From the NCBI GenBank assembly GCA_044226015.1, contig JBGAHS010000006.1:384001-448000 (forward strand): 64,000 nucleotides of DNA. The letters run 5' to 3'. This document shows, one piece after another, positions 40,728-51,054 of this stretch. A program made the position numbers and the translations under genes. Every line of letters begins with the position of its first letter. Positions within the stretch are counted from its first letter, which is position 1. The notes under the pieces were generated by a model that was not told the DNA's origin, ran no database searches, and was given only the letters and a program-made list of their open reading frames with translations. Origin of the DNA: Candidatus Obscuribacteraceae bacterium (GTDB taxonomy: Bacteria > Cyanobacteriota > Vampirovibrionia > Obscuribacterales > Obscuribacteraceae).

Positions 40728-41339
40728 TTGGTTCGTATGCCGATGAGATTGATAACAAAATTCGCGTGGACTCTCATTTTGCTTCATTTGACTTGCGTTC
40801 CATCAATTGCGCAACTCAAAGAACTTCAGCCACTTCCTGATACACAAAGTGCACCAAAACCTATGACTCTTGAAGGGCGAGCAAGCCTACAAGATCCAGA
40901 CAGAGACGATAAAGCAGTTCTGGTCGAGTGGGACAAATGGCATAATCGAATTGCAAAAGCAGCCTATCAAAGATTCAACGCCTCTCTTCTTGGTGATGAC
41001 GCGATAAACTTCAGCGGAATTCCGATTAAGTTAGGCATGTCACCTATGCATCATTTTCCCGATGGCTTGAAGACTTCGACTACATGCCTCGTCACGGCAG
41101 ATCATCATATTATGAATCTTCGAGTTGTGAAAAGTTCTGGAGTGAAGGAATTCGATAATCTTGTTTTACGAGCAGTCAAAGGGCTGGATGGAAAATCTGT
41201 ATTGAAATTTCCAAAGAATTCGCAGCGCCTGGTTGTAACCGAATCAGACAATTTTTGGGTCGGAACTAATACTGGATTTCACCAGAATCAACTGGGAGAC
41301 GTTGAGAAACTTCATCCAGAAACAAACGCTTCGAATTAG
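40728..41339 (+). CDS. Exported protein with TonB/TolA C-terminal-like domain
   Basis: Signal peptide; VVKSSGVKEFDNLVLRAV. Confidence 0.6.
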   Translation: MVRMPMRLITKFAWTLILLHLTCVPSIAQLKELQPLPDTQSAPKPMTLEGRASLQDPDRDDKAVLVEWDKWHNRIAKAAYQRFNASLLGDDAINFSGIPIKLGMSPMHHFPDGLKTSTTCLVTADHHIMNLRVVKSSGVKEFDNLVLRAVKGLDGKSVLKFPKNSQRLVVTESDNFWVGTNTGFHQNQLGDVEKLHPETNASN

Positions 41340-42566
41340 TCACCAATCTTCTGAGCACGTAACGGACCTTTTAAGTATAGAATCACCAGATTGGACAGAT
41401 GGATTCAACCATCTTTGAAAATCTGCGAAGAGTCGTCTTCTCTCACTTTGAGAACCCGTGGTCAGCCGATACGTGTTCAAAGTCGAGCGGAAATCATCCG
41501 GATCATCATTTGTCATATCTAGAGTGAGATAAGTGGTTTGTTTAGTTACAGGGTTCATATAGTGAAAAAAATCAAACGAACAAATTCTCTCAGGATGACT
41601 AGCAGAAGCAAGCTTAACCTGTTGCCGTAGCCGATCAATATGACACGGCAATCTTCGATTGGTTTCAGTTCTTTCAAACAACTCAACAAGTGGAGAGAAC
41701 CTCACAGTTGTGGTACCGCCTTGCGTTACTCTTGAAGAAGAACAAGCGTTCTTAAATGCCGAGTACAACTGCTCTACTTCAGCACAGGTCAAACCAACTT
41801 CTCCGACTTGATCTTGAACAAATACCTCATCAACACCACTTCCATCGAGGATTCTGGTATATGTTCCAATTACGTCTGAATAGGATCGAGGCGGTGCTTC
41901 ACCACGAAAAGCCGATATCGAAAAAGGCACGTTCTTTTTTGCTTTGCAAGAAGTGCTTATCTTTAACAAGAAGTCATGCAAATACCCACTTCGAAGATCA
42001 CCACCATTAAAAGAAAAAGCATAAAATTCAAGCGGCATGTACCATCCAGCAAAACTAACATGATTACCGTATTTGGCAGCCAATCTTTCCGCAAGATCTA
42101 TTTCACTAGGAGCAACGGCATCGAGTGCCCGTTTCAACGTTTCGGGCTGGTTAAAGTTCTCTGGGCTAGCCCATGTAGGATCATTCATAAGTCCAACATG
42201 AACCTTGATATTTAGAGCATCAGCGTCAATCAGGATCTGTTCCAATACATCATATTCACCTTCAGCTGCGTGTTGGGCATCAAATGGAGCGATTCCTCCG
42301 TGGTCCTTTTCCTGAACGTGTTGAATGATTATCGAATCATATTTAAGCTCTGATGCTGCCTTTAATAGAAACTGCCATTCGTAGCTCGGTATAGCTTTTT
42401 TATGAACAGCACTGAGCTGAAAGAAAGACACAGTCGGCACCTGTGACGGAGGCGGACCATTAGCCTCTGCGCCAACATTCTCGGCGGCTGCAGCTTCCGG
42501 TCCAACAATGGAAAGGTTCAAAAGTGTTGTTATACAGAATGATGTAAGAACGCAAAATAGTCTCAT
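41340..42566 (-). CDS. Exported DUF4434-like TIM-barrel glycoside hydrolase
   Basis: IIIQ, VHVGL, FAGWYMPLE, QDQVG, VELF. Confidence 0.65.
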   Translation of the reverse strand: MRLFCVLTSFCITTLLNLSIVGPEAAAAENVGAEANGPPPSQVPTVSFFQLSAVHKKAIPSYEWQFLLKAASELKYDSIIIQHVQEKDHGGIAPFDAQHAAEGEYDVLEQILIDADALNIKVHVGLMNDPTWASPENFNQPETLKRALDAVAPSEIDLAERLAAKYGNHVSFAGWYMPLEFYAFSFNGGDLRSGYLHDFLLKISTSCKAKKNVPFSISAFRGEAPPRSYSDVIGTYTRILDGSGVDEVFVQDQVGEVGLTCAEVEQLYSAFKNACSSSRVTQGGTTTVRFSPLVELFERTETNRRLPCHIDRLRQQVKLASASHPERICSFDFFHYMNPVTKQTTYLTLDMTNDDPDDFRSTLNTYRLTTGSQSERRRLFADFQRWLNPSVQSGDSILKRSVTCSEDW

Positions 42567-42831
42567 GACTTATGATGTCCCTCAATATACAGATTAGCTG
42601 CGGCATCCAAGAATTGTACTAATAAGGCAACACAATACTAACCAACAAAAATATAAGAATTTCTTGGTTGATTGCAGTTTGTCTATAAAACTGCACGAAC
42701 GTACAGGTTGATATTTACGCACTTTTCATATCACCCCCAGTAGGCTCGGTTGTATTTACGAAAGTGAGAACTTAATGAACTTTTGTCGGATTTTTATTGA
42801 AGCAACTCTAATACGATTGGGCTAAGCGTCA

Positions 42832-44010
42832 ATGAGTGAACGTGAAATAGCAAAGAATGATTCTAAAGATACGAGAGCTGCTTCAGAGAGTGCTTCTGCA
42901 TTATCTCGCGAAGCCATTTTGCCGCCACCTCGTCCCCGCCATTTGGGAACCTACAAAGTCATTCCGCCCGAGAAACAATTCGACGAGCAGCACAGAACAA
43001 TTGCATTCCTCGATGACTATACCAAAGATGGATTTGGTCCTAGCATCGGGAAAACCAGAATCTCACATGGCGAAATTAGTGCAAGCGCTGCAGAACAGAA
43101 CGGGTTTAACGTCCTGAGGCTGCAGCGAAACCATAAAGCAATTAGATATGAACTGAGTTCTGATTTTTCCTTGCCCCTAAAAGCAATTCACGAAGACATA
43201 CTAGCCGGGCGCCTGAAGATGAGAGCCGGTGACATGTTAAACATCAGTAGCGGTCAGCCGTTTATGGGAATCATGGGACAGCCGTCCTTTGCTGAATTGA
43301 ACGAGTTGCTCAATCTCTCTGGTGAGAAAGCTCTTACAGCAAGAAACATAAACAACGGACATGAGCACTCAGTCATTTTCTCAGCAATGAAAAAGAAGCT
43401 TCTGGATCCAGAGTTAGATCCGCGAGTTAAGCATCGTTTAGAAGATGCACTCAAAGCAAACGAATATGTTCGGAGGATACAAAGCCTCGGAATTCAAGTT
43501 GTGATAGCAGCCGGAAACAATGGTACTGAAAGATTTTCATTGGATTTTCTGTCAGCCAGAAGACGGCTTGCGGCAACAGACAGCGAGGGAAAATTAACAG
43601 ACTTCTCGGCTATCGGAAATGACTCAGGACAAGGCAGATATCGAGTAATGTTTAGGGGCGCCGATTTCTTAGCACCAGAATCGGTGTCATCTAACGCTGG
43701 TGATTATTGGTTAGAGGGAACAACAATTCACTATAAAGCAGACCCGATGGAAACTAGCAAACCTGTTACAGCTGAGGGATTCATTGCTTTGCCATACGAG
43801 GATAAAATGCTTAATCGCCCTATCTTACAGGCAAACAATTTCTCTAAAGGTATATTCGAGGCACCTTTTGAAACAGAACATGTAAAACCCATTGAGGTGA
43901 GTTTGACTAGAGCGCCAATAGCAACAAAATACTTTTTTCTGGAGCACCTCAACGGTACATCTTACGCAAATATTGATTGGTACAAAATGCACCTGAGTGT
44001 GAAACGGTGA
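42832..44010 (+). CDS. Divergent subtilisin-like (S8) peptidase
   Basis: FLDD, SHGE, IAAGN, NGTSYA in D-H-N-S order. Confidence 0.7.
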   Translation: MSEREIAKNDSKDTRAASESASALSREAILPPPRPRHLGTYKVIPPEKQFDEQHRTIAFLDDYTKDGFGPSIGKTRISHGEISASAAEQNGFNVLRLQRNHKAIRYELSSDFSLPLKAIHEDILAGRLKMRAGDMLNISSGQPFMGIMGQPSFAELNELLNLSGEKALTARNINNGHEHSVIFSAMKKKLLDPELDPRVKHRLEDALKANEYVRRIQSLGIQVVIAAGNNGTERFSLDFLSARRRLAATDSEGKLTDFSAIGNDSGQGRYRVMFRGADFLAPESVSSNAGDYWLEGTTIHYKADPMETSKPVTAEGFIALPYEDKMLNRPILQANNFSKGIFEAPFETEHVKPIEVSLTRAPIATKYFFLEHLNGTSYANIDWYKMHLSVKR

Positions 44011-44197
44011 CTTCACCAGGAATTTTCGCTGATGATTCTTGCAGAAACGGATTAGCAAATTTGGCAAATTTTTGGCATTTCTCAGGCATTTCTCTGGCAT
44101 TAAAAGTGGCGTGCTTGCTTGATTATGGGAATCTCACGATAGACCAGCTGGCACTCCACAAATATGATTCATGCAGGGTTAAGTGAGGGTTTGTAAA

Positions 44198-44437
44198 ATG
44201 TCACATCATCATCGCCATGAAAGTAATGTTGACCGAGACGAGAGAGCTGTTACAAAATGGCTGAATACAATGGAAGCCAGTCTAGCGGATCCTGAGCACC
44301 GTTTTTCCATGGCGAAATTCTCACCAAGGGAGATAGACGCGGTCAACTCTTACATCAAAACACATGGTGCGTATCTAGATAGATACAAAGACTTTTTGCC
44401 AGCAGTCGAGATAGTCGATCACAAGCACAAATGCTAG
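44198..44437 (+). CDS. Small hypothetical protein
   Basis: ATG 44198 after gaggg; followed by a hairpin. Confidence 0.5.
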   Translation: MSHHHRHESNVDRDERAVTKWLNTMEASLADPEHRFSMAKFSPREIDAVNSYIKTHGAYLDRYKDFLPAVEIVDHKHKC

Positions 44438-44490
44438 TTAGACGAGTCAATACAGTTGGATGATTCAAATATTCTGATGCATATCAAAAG

Positions 44491-44521
44491 AAAAAACTTG
44501 CGAGCAAATCGCAAGTTCTTT
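44491..44521. terminator. Bidirectional intrinsic terminator
   Basis: aacttgcga-gcaaa-tcgcaagtt flanked by A and T tracts between convergent genes. Confidence 0.65.
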
Positions 44522-44561
44522 CAAAATAAAAGTGTGCCTTTTCTGGATCGTTTAAGAATAG

Positions 44562-45932
44562 TTAGAGAGCTGATATAACTTTCTCAACTTCGTCGAGATG
44601 CTCTAGTCGCGATTTGATCAATTGTTGCGGCAAGCGATTTTGCTTTCGCAGATGCTGCTCATAACTTATGCTTGCAAGAAACCAGGCTGCGTTTCCAACC
44701 ACTGCCATGCTCGTTCCCACAGTTCCACAAATAGAACCTTTGTAGTTAAGATCCATCTGTGTTCTTGGTCTGGTTGGGTAGTGGTAGTATGCCCGTGTTC
44801 CCAAAATGCCTTGGGTCATGAGCAAACTTCCAATCGCCGGACCCATCATTGAATCTTGCAAGGCGACCTTGTTCAAGCGACGCATTGTGTTCATTTCATT
44901 TTCTAATTGCTTAGAGAACAAATGATTACTATCGGAATACATCGCAAATCTCTCTGTTGCTGGAAGTGTGGGGATGAGAGTTCCTGTATCTCCAGCATTT
45001 TTCGACTGAGATTCTTTGATGAGAGCAGCCATCTCGTTGATCGAGTCTTTGCTGCCATTGAACTTCTTCATTTGAGAATTAAACATATAGCGACGCTGCA
45101 ACCAAAGTTGAGCAGAGCACAAGAGTGGAGTCGCCATCGCCATGGCACCAGTAATGGTGAATAGAATGTTCGACGTACCATTCAGTTTAGGATTGCTCAA
45201 AGAAAGCCAACCATACTCTGCGGCACAAGCACCGATTGTGTTATAGCTTGCGTTCATTAGGAAGAACAGGTTTCGCGTTATGAAATCGCTTCTAGCATTA
45301 GTGCTAAAGGTGGCGTACTCATTTACGAAGGTTCCGCGCATAGCATCGAGAATTTTGCCTTCCAACAGCGCTCTATCATGAGCTGGGTGCTGAGCGTTGG
45401 CATCGACTAGCGCCTTACGGCGCGCAATTAAATCATCAATTTCCTTGAGTTTTGCGGCTACAAACTTGTTAGCAGAGGCTGTATCTAATCCCTTATGGCG
45501 CCCTTTCGCATACTGGTAAAAATTCGCAGCAAGTTCATAACCGCTTCCAGAGGCAGCGATAATTGACCCAACCTGCGCGCTTCGCAGACCACGACCCAGG
45601 GCATCTTTGTCAACCGCTAGAAGACGTTTTCGTCCTCTACCAAACTGCTGATCGCCACACACTTCAAAAGCAAGACCCGTAGCGGCACTTGCCTCTTGCG
45701 TGCTCATGAATGCAAGTTTAGCCATAAAGGGTTTCTTGCAACTCTCAAGTCGGTAGTTCAAACTGTACCGCTCGAGCTGAACCCCGGCAAGAAGAATTTT
45801 CTTCGTGAAGCCGGTATATTGAGAGCTAAAATCCTCGTCGCTAGCCAAACATGGAGCAGCGGTTCCTAGCAGCAGTCCAATGGAATTGCTCAGAATCAGA
45901 GCAAGACGTAAACGAGTATTTGTATTTATCAC
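44562..45932 (-). CDS. Exported/membrane hypothetical helical protein
   Basis: 456 aa, signal peptide, internal two-fold repeat of hydrophobic hairpins; coupled to the sulfatase. Confidence 0.7.
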   Translation of the reverse strand: MINTNTRLRLALILSNSIGLLLGTAAPCLASDEDFSSQYTGFTKKILLAGVQLERYSLNYRLESCKKPFMAKLAFMSTQEASAATGLAFEVCGDQQFGRGRKRLLAVDKDALGRGLRSAQVGSIIAASGSGYELAANFYQYAKGRHKGLDTASANKFVAAKLKEIDDLIARRKALVDANAQHPAHDRALLEGKILDAMRGTFVNEYATFSTNARSDFITRNLFFLMNASYNTIGACAAEYGWLSLSNPKLNGTSNILFTITGAMAMATPLLCSAQLWLQRRYMFNSQMKKFNGSKDSINEMAALIKESQSKNAGDTGTLIPTLPATERFAMYSDSNHLFSKQLENEMNTMRRLNKVALQDSMMGPAIGSLLMTQGILGTRAYYHYPTRPRTQMDLNYKGSICGTVGTSMAVVGNAAWFLASISYEQHLRKQNRLPQQLIKSRLEHLDEVEKVISAL

Positions 45933-48373
45933 TTGCTCTGTAGCTCACCGAGGTCGACTGTTACTTTATTGATTTTTCCAGTAAATGCAAAAGGCAGTTT
46001 GGACTCATAGCTTCTGCTTACCGGCAGTCCGTTGTCCTTACCGATATCGAATCCAGCGAACGATGTAGTGAGCATCGCCATTGTCTGCTCAATTCTTCCT
46101 TCAGCTACTTGCTTTCCATTGATATAGAGTCTTTGTGTTCCACCCGCACCCATAGAGCCAGGTTTATCGGAAACAAACTCATACTTCAAGTTGACTTTGC
46201 CTGATGGTAAATCTTCAGATGAAACAATAGTGTCATTCTTGATTCCCATGAAACTATAAGTGAATCGAGGCTTCTTATCTTCAACATATAGGGCATAACC
46301 ACCGAGATAATCGGCGTTAGCCATCAGAACACCATCGGCTCCTGAAGCAGGAACTTCAATATCAGCATTGACTGTGTAGGAGCGATTGAATATCTGAGGA
46401 CAAACAGTTGGAGGGATATTCTCAGTTCCTGCAAGATACTCAAAATGAGTCAGTGCAGATCTTGGCGGTATAAATTTAGGACCCATGTATGTAGACAAGC
46501 CTGCCAGCAAGGGCAAGACCTGATATTTGCGAGCTTCATCCCAGAAAAGGTTTTGAAGTTCCTTTACCTTATCTGGATATTTACCAGCAAGATTGTTTGA
46601 TTGAGAGAAGTCAGTGTTCAGGTCATACAGCTCTACAGGATCTTTATCGGGGTCCCATTGTCCCGGAGAAATCATCTTGAGGCTCTCAGGGTCAATCTTC
46701 CATGGCTTACGTTGAACGCGAGTACTCAGCCACCAACCATCTTTGTACATGGCTCTGTTTCCAAATACTTCGAAGTACTGTTGCGTATGACGCTCTTTTG
46801 CTTTAGGTTCAGCGAAAGTGTAGGCAAAACTTGTACCGTGCATAGGAATCTGCTTGACGCCATCAACCGTTTCAGGCTGGGGAATATTTGCCAGCTCGAG
46901 AATTGTGGGAGCAACGTCTATGAGGTGGGTGAATTGCGAACGGACGGAGCCCTTGTCCTGAATACCTTTTGGCCAGGAGATAACCATCGGATTTCGAGTA
47001 CCACCTAAGTGAGAAGCGACCTGTTTTCCCCACTGAAAAGGAGTGTTACCAGCCCAGGCCCAGGCGCAAGAGTAGTGCGGCTCGGTTGAGGGACCACCCC
47101 AGGCCTGCAGTCCGCCATAATTTTTGATAAGCTCCATTTGCTTATCTGGTGTTAGAGCTATTCCATTCAATGTGGTCATTTCATTGAATGAGCCGGTCTC
47201 CGTGCCTTCCATGCTGGCACCATTGTCACCCCAAATCCATAGAACAACGGTATTATCGGCAATACCAAGTTCTTTAACATGATTCAAAACTCTTCCAATT
47301 TCGAAATCAGTATTTTCCTGAAAGCCAGAATAAACTTCCATCTGCCTTGCATAGAGCTTCTTCTGCTCATCGGTTAAAGAATCCCACGCAGGAAAAGCGG
47401 GGTTACGTGGTGTCAACTTCGCATCCTGCGGAATAACACCAAGCTCTTTCTGGTGGTTGAATACCGTCTCGCGATATTTATCCCAACCCATGTCAAACTT
47501 GCCCTTGTATTTATCAGCCCACTCAGAAGCGACTTGATGAGGAGCATGACTGGCACCAGTAGCATAGTAAATAAAGAAAGGCTGCTTCGGAGCTACAGAC
47601 TGATGTAGCGAAAGCCAGTCGATAGTGCGATCGGCAAGGGCGTGGTTGAGATAGAAATTCTTTTCTTTTGGAACGCCCACAATGGTGTTATTTTCATAAA
47701 GAAGCGGTGAATACTGGTCTGTCTCGCCGCCAAGGAAGCCCCAGAAGTAGGTGAAGCCTAAGTTGTTTGGCCATAGATCAAAAGGACCAGCTGGTCCAAA
47801 AGAATCAGCAGGCGTAAGGTGCCATTTTCCGAAACATGCAGTTGCATAGCCATTCATTCTCAGTGTTTTGCCAATCGAAGATGCGCTTTTGGGCCATGTA
47901 GCGTTGTAGCCTGGCCAACCACCAGCAAACTCCGCCACTGAGCCAAATCCAATTGCATGCTGGTTTCTTCCAGAAATAAGAGCCGCTCTTGAAGGAGAAC
48001 AAAGAGCAGTGACGTGAAATCTGTTGTACTTTATGCCTTCTGAAGCAACTTTCTCAAGATTTGGCGTGTGGGTCATTCCGCCGAAAGCAGAAGGATTGCC
48101 AAAACCAGCATCGTCAACCAAAACCAGTATCACATTCGGTGCACCATCAGGAGCTTTGACCGGATGCGGCCACATCGGGTCAGAGCCTTCCAGCGTTTTA
48201 TTGACAGTGTTAGTAAAAGCTGGCTGAGTGATTGGCAAACTCTTACGATCAAGGTCATCAGCTGCAAGGGCAGCACTGAAAGAAGAACCACACATCGTTA
48301 GTAGTGCTGAAAATAAAACAGCAGACTTACGTACAAATGGCAGAGGCACCGAAGCGAAAATGATTTTTTTCAT
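45929..48373 (-). CDS. Arylsulfatase (Cys-type, formylglycine-dependent)
   Basis: PNVILVLVDD, CSPSRAAL, GKWH, HAPH, GDNG; likely start MKKII at 48373. Confidence 0.95.
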   Translation of the reverse strand: MKKIIFASVPLPFVRKSAVLFSALLTMCGSSFSAALAADDLDRKSLPITQPAFTNTVNKTLEGSDPMWPHPVKAPDGAPNVILVLVDDAGFGNPSAFGGMTHTPNLEKVASEGIKYNRFHVTALCSPSRAALISGRNQHAIGFGSVAEFAGGWPGYNATWPKSASSIGKTLRMNGYATACFGKWHLTPADSFGPAGPFDLWPNNLGFTYFWGFLGGETDQYSPLLYENNTIVGVPKEKNFYLNHALADRTIDWLSLHQSVAPKQPFFIYYATGASHAPHQVASEWADKYKGKFDMGWDKYRETVFNHQKELGVIPQDAKLTPRNPAFPAWDSLTDEQKKLYARQMEVYSGFQENTDFEIGRVLNHVKELGIADNTVVLWIWGDNGASMEGTETGSFNEMTTLNGIALTPDKQMELIKNYGGLQAWGGPSTEPHYSCAWAWAGNTPFQWGKQVASHLGGTRNPMVISWPKGIQDKGSVRSQFTHLIDVAPTILELANIPQPETVDGVKQIPMHGTSFAYTFAEPKAKERHTQQYFEVFGNRAMYKDGWWLSTRVQRKPWKIDPESLKMISPGQWDPDKDPVELYDLNTDFSQSNNLAGKYPDKVKELQNLFWDEARKYQVLPLLAGLSTYMGPKFIPPRSALTHFEYLAGTENIPPTVCPQIFNRSYTVNADIEVPASGADGVLMANADYLGGYALYVEDKKPRFTYSFMGIKNDTIVSSEDLPSGKVNLKYEFVSDKPGSMGAGGTQRLYINGKQVAEGRIEQTMAMLTTSFAGFDIGKDNGLPVSRSYESKLPFAFTGKINKVTVDLGELQSK

Positions 48374-48663
48374 AGCACAATTCCAAGGGCATACTTTAAT
48401 AGACGAAATCGCCGAAAGTTTACACGATTCCGTACGCGTAGAAAGACAAATTGAGTCTCTTTCAGCTCGTATAGCTTCAAGCTGAGACCACATTGACAAT
48501 TACGAGCAATGCCCTTTAGCAGAAATAGCAGTAATTCTGGGCCACAATAAAATTGAACAAATGTGGAGACCAAACCCTTGACGACTGCTAATTGTAAAGC
48601 AGAACTGTCTTGCTATTTAGTCGCTAATGTTCAGCTTGCCAACGCGCTTGATCACTTAGACAG

Positions 48664-50934
48664 CTATAAATCAAAACGTGATACCAACTTTTCGACTAAC
48701 TTGTACTCTTTCTCCGCCGCTGCTTTGTCATTTTGCAATTCAAACAGCTTAGCTTTTGCCTCATGCGCCTCCTTAAGAAAGGGATCGACTTTCAGAGCTA
48801 CTTCAATATCGGAATTAGCAGCCGGAAAGTCTCCTCGCGCAATCTTAATGGACGCTCTATTTACATAAACCGCAGCAGGAATAGCATTACCTTTGAAAGC
48901 CGCAGTAATATGCTCGTCTGCCTTGTCCTTCATACCTAACTGATTTTCAACGAGAGCTGCATATGACAGAGTCAAAATAGATCGGGAATTCAGTGCAAGT
49001 GATTTCTTCAAGTCTTCATATGCTGATCGCCATTGCCCGAGTGCTATATAACACTGAGCACGCTCACGATAACCTGGCGGATATTCTTCTAAACTTGTTG
49101 CAGAACTAAATTGTTGGATCGCATCTTCGAACCGGCCAGCTGTTCTATATACCTCACCAGCCAGACGATAAGATCGGGCTGGAAATGTTTCAACAGCTTT
49201 CGCATGTTGCACCGCCTCTTCGGCCTTTTTCAAATCTCCCTTGCAAACCCAATAATAGGCAAGCAAGCACCACTCAACACTTCGAGCATCATCCTCTGCA
49301 CTTGCCTCTTTCAAATAGTCCAAGGCCTTTGGAAAGTTCTGTCTGTCTATTTCTATCAAACCAGCTAGAGCTTCCATGAACGCAGAGCCATCCTCAGACA
49401 TTGCCTTCTCAATTTCTATCGCAGCTTCAGAAAAACGACCAACCTTCTGCAAAACACTGGCGCGCAAGTAGTGATAATATGCGTAATCATTCATCGAGAT
49501 CATCTTCGCCGAAACCTTTAGCGATTCATCGTAGATCTCACGAGCGTCAGATACCCAGCATTTTGCTTCCCAGGCTTTTAACGCTTCAGGGTCAAGTGAA
49601 ATAGCTTTGTCAGCATCTTTCTCAGCTTTATCATATTGAGCTAGTAGCGTGTATTGTATGCTCCGTTCACAATAAGCTTGCAGATAGTCTGGAGTGATTT
49701 TTATCGCCTGCGTGTAATCATCTATTGCGTTTGTTCTCTCATCTCGATCAGAGTGAAGCTGGGCTCTATTGAAATACAATTGTGCATTGTCAGGTTTCTT
49801 TTCGATCAAATCGGTCCATTGTGCTAGAGTCTTACCCTCATAAGTTTCGGGACGTGGAGGTTTTGGCACCGTCGGCGCCACCACTGCCAGCGGACCCGGC
49901 ATCACCGGTGGGTTTAAAAGAGGCGAAATGAACGACCACCCAATTGCTAATATTAGACAGGACAGAAGCGCATAAGCTAAAACACCCTCTCGTTTTTTGG
50001 CGCGATTCTTCTTTGAAATATAAGGTTGAAGCGGTTTACCATTCAGTATCCGTTCTAAATCTATCTGCAATGAAACGGCATCTGGATAACGATTTTCTGG
50101 ATCTTTCTCAAGACAGCGTGCAATTAAATCGCGCATTGTCCGCGAAATACCAAGCGACGCAGGCAGCACAGGGCGTATATCACTCTGATGCTTCAAGATT
50201 ACCAAAACCTGATTTTCAGCTTCGAAAGCTGGCTTACCCACGAGCATTTCATACATGATGCATCCAAAGGAATAGATATCCGAGCGCCCATCGAGTTCCT
50301 CTCCTCGACACTGCTCGGGACTCATGTAGAGGGGAGTTCCTAGAAGCTCTCCCGTTTGAGTCAGTTGAGTCTTATCAACGGAATGCTTGTCGTCGATTTT
50401 TGCAATGCCAAAGTCAACGATTTTAATAAGTTCAGTTCCACTCTCCGTTTTCGTCAAAAGAATGTTGCTCGGCTTCAAATCGCGGTGAAGAATACTTTTC
50501 TGTCTTGCATGAACCAGTGCCTCAGCAATTTGAATAAATAAATGAATGGCACGCTCTTGCGTAAAGTGCTGCTCTCTCTTCAATATTTGATCAAGTCCCT
50601 CACCCTCAATAAAGTCCATAACCAAATATGGTGCGCCGTGAGAGTCTTCACCCACATCGTAAACCGACACAATATTGCCATGAGCCAAAGTTCTAGCGGC
50701 CTTCGCTTCGTTCTCCAAACGTCTTGCCATTAGTTTTTGAGATGCGAGTTGTGGAGCCAATACCTTAAGCGCATAAAAGCCGGTTACCTCAGTGGATTCC
50801 ACTTTGTAAACCTCACCCATACCACCGCTTCCAATATGGTCGACAACCCTATATTTGCCGTCGATTATCGTACCCACAGGCAACACGTGCGCAGCTTTTT
50901 CGTCGTCAGAAAGCTCAGTATCATTGTCTTGCAT
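48664..50934 (-). CDS. Hanks-type Ser/Thr kinase with TM and extracytoplasmic TPRs
   Basis: GSGGMGEVY, ALK, HRDLKPSN, DFG, GTPLYMSPEQ; TM; TPR array. Confidence 0.95.
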   Translation of the reverse strand: MQDNDTELSDDEKAAHVLPVGTIIDGKYRVVDHIGSGGMGEVYKVESTEVTGFYALKVLAPQLASQKLMARRLENEAKAARTLAHGNIVSVYDVGEDSHGAPYLVMDFIEGEGLDQILKREQHFTQERAIHLFIQIAEALVHARQKSILHRDLKPSNILLTKTESGTELIKIVDFGIAKIDDKHSVDKTQLTQTGELLGTPLYMSPEQCRGEELDGRSDIYSFGCIMYEMLVGKPAFEAENQVLVILKHQSDIRPVLPASLGISRTMRDLIARCLEKDPENRYPDAVSLQIDLERILNGKPLQPYISKKNRAKKREGVLAYALLSCLILAIGWSFISPLLNPPVMPGPLAVVAPTVPKPPRPETYEGKTLAQWTDLIEKKPDNAQLYFNRAQLHSDRDERTNAIDDYTQAIKITPDYLQAYCERSIQYTLLAQYDKAEKDADKAISLDPEALKAWEAKCWVSDAREIYDESLKVSAKMISMNDYAYYHYLRASVLQKVGRFSEAAIEIEKAMSEDGSAFMEALAGLIEIDRQNFPKALDYLKEASAEDDARSVEWCLLAYYWVCKGDLKKAEEAVQHAKAVETFPARSYRLAGEVYRTAGRFEDAIQQFSSATSLEEYPPGYRERAQCYIALGQWRSAYEDLKKSLALNSRSILTLSYAALVENQLGMKDKADEHITAAFKGNAIPAAVYVNRASIKIARGDFPAANSDIEVALKVDPFLKEAHEAKAKLFELQNDKAAAEKEYKLVEKLVSRFDL

Positions 50935-51054
50935 CTCTGAATTCCCAATAAATCTAACCAGCAAGATAGTTATTCCCTCAAGAGGGGCAGAATTTGCTGT
51001 ATATTGAGGTCATATTAATTAGCGTCTTTGCCTGGAGATTAAGAGGTCCTCGAA

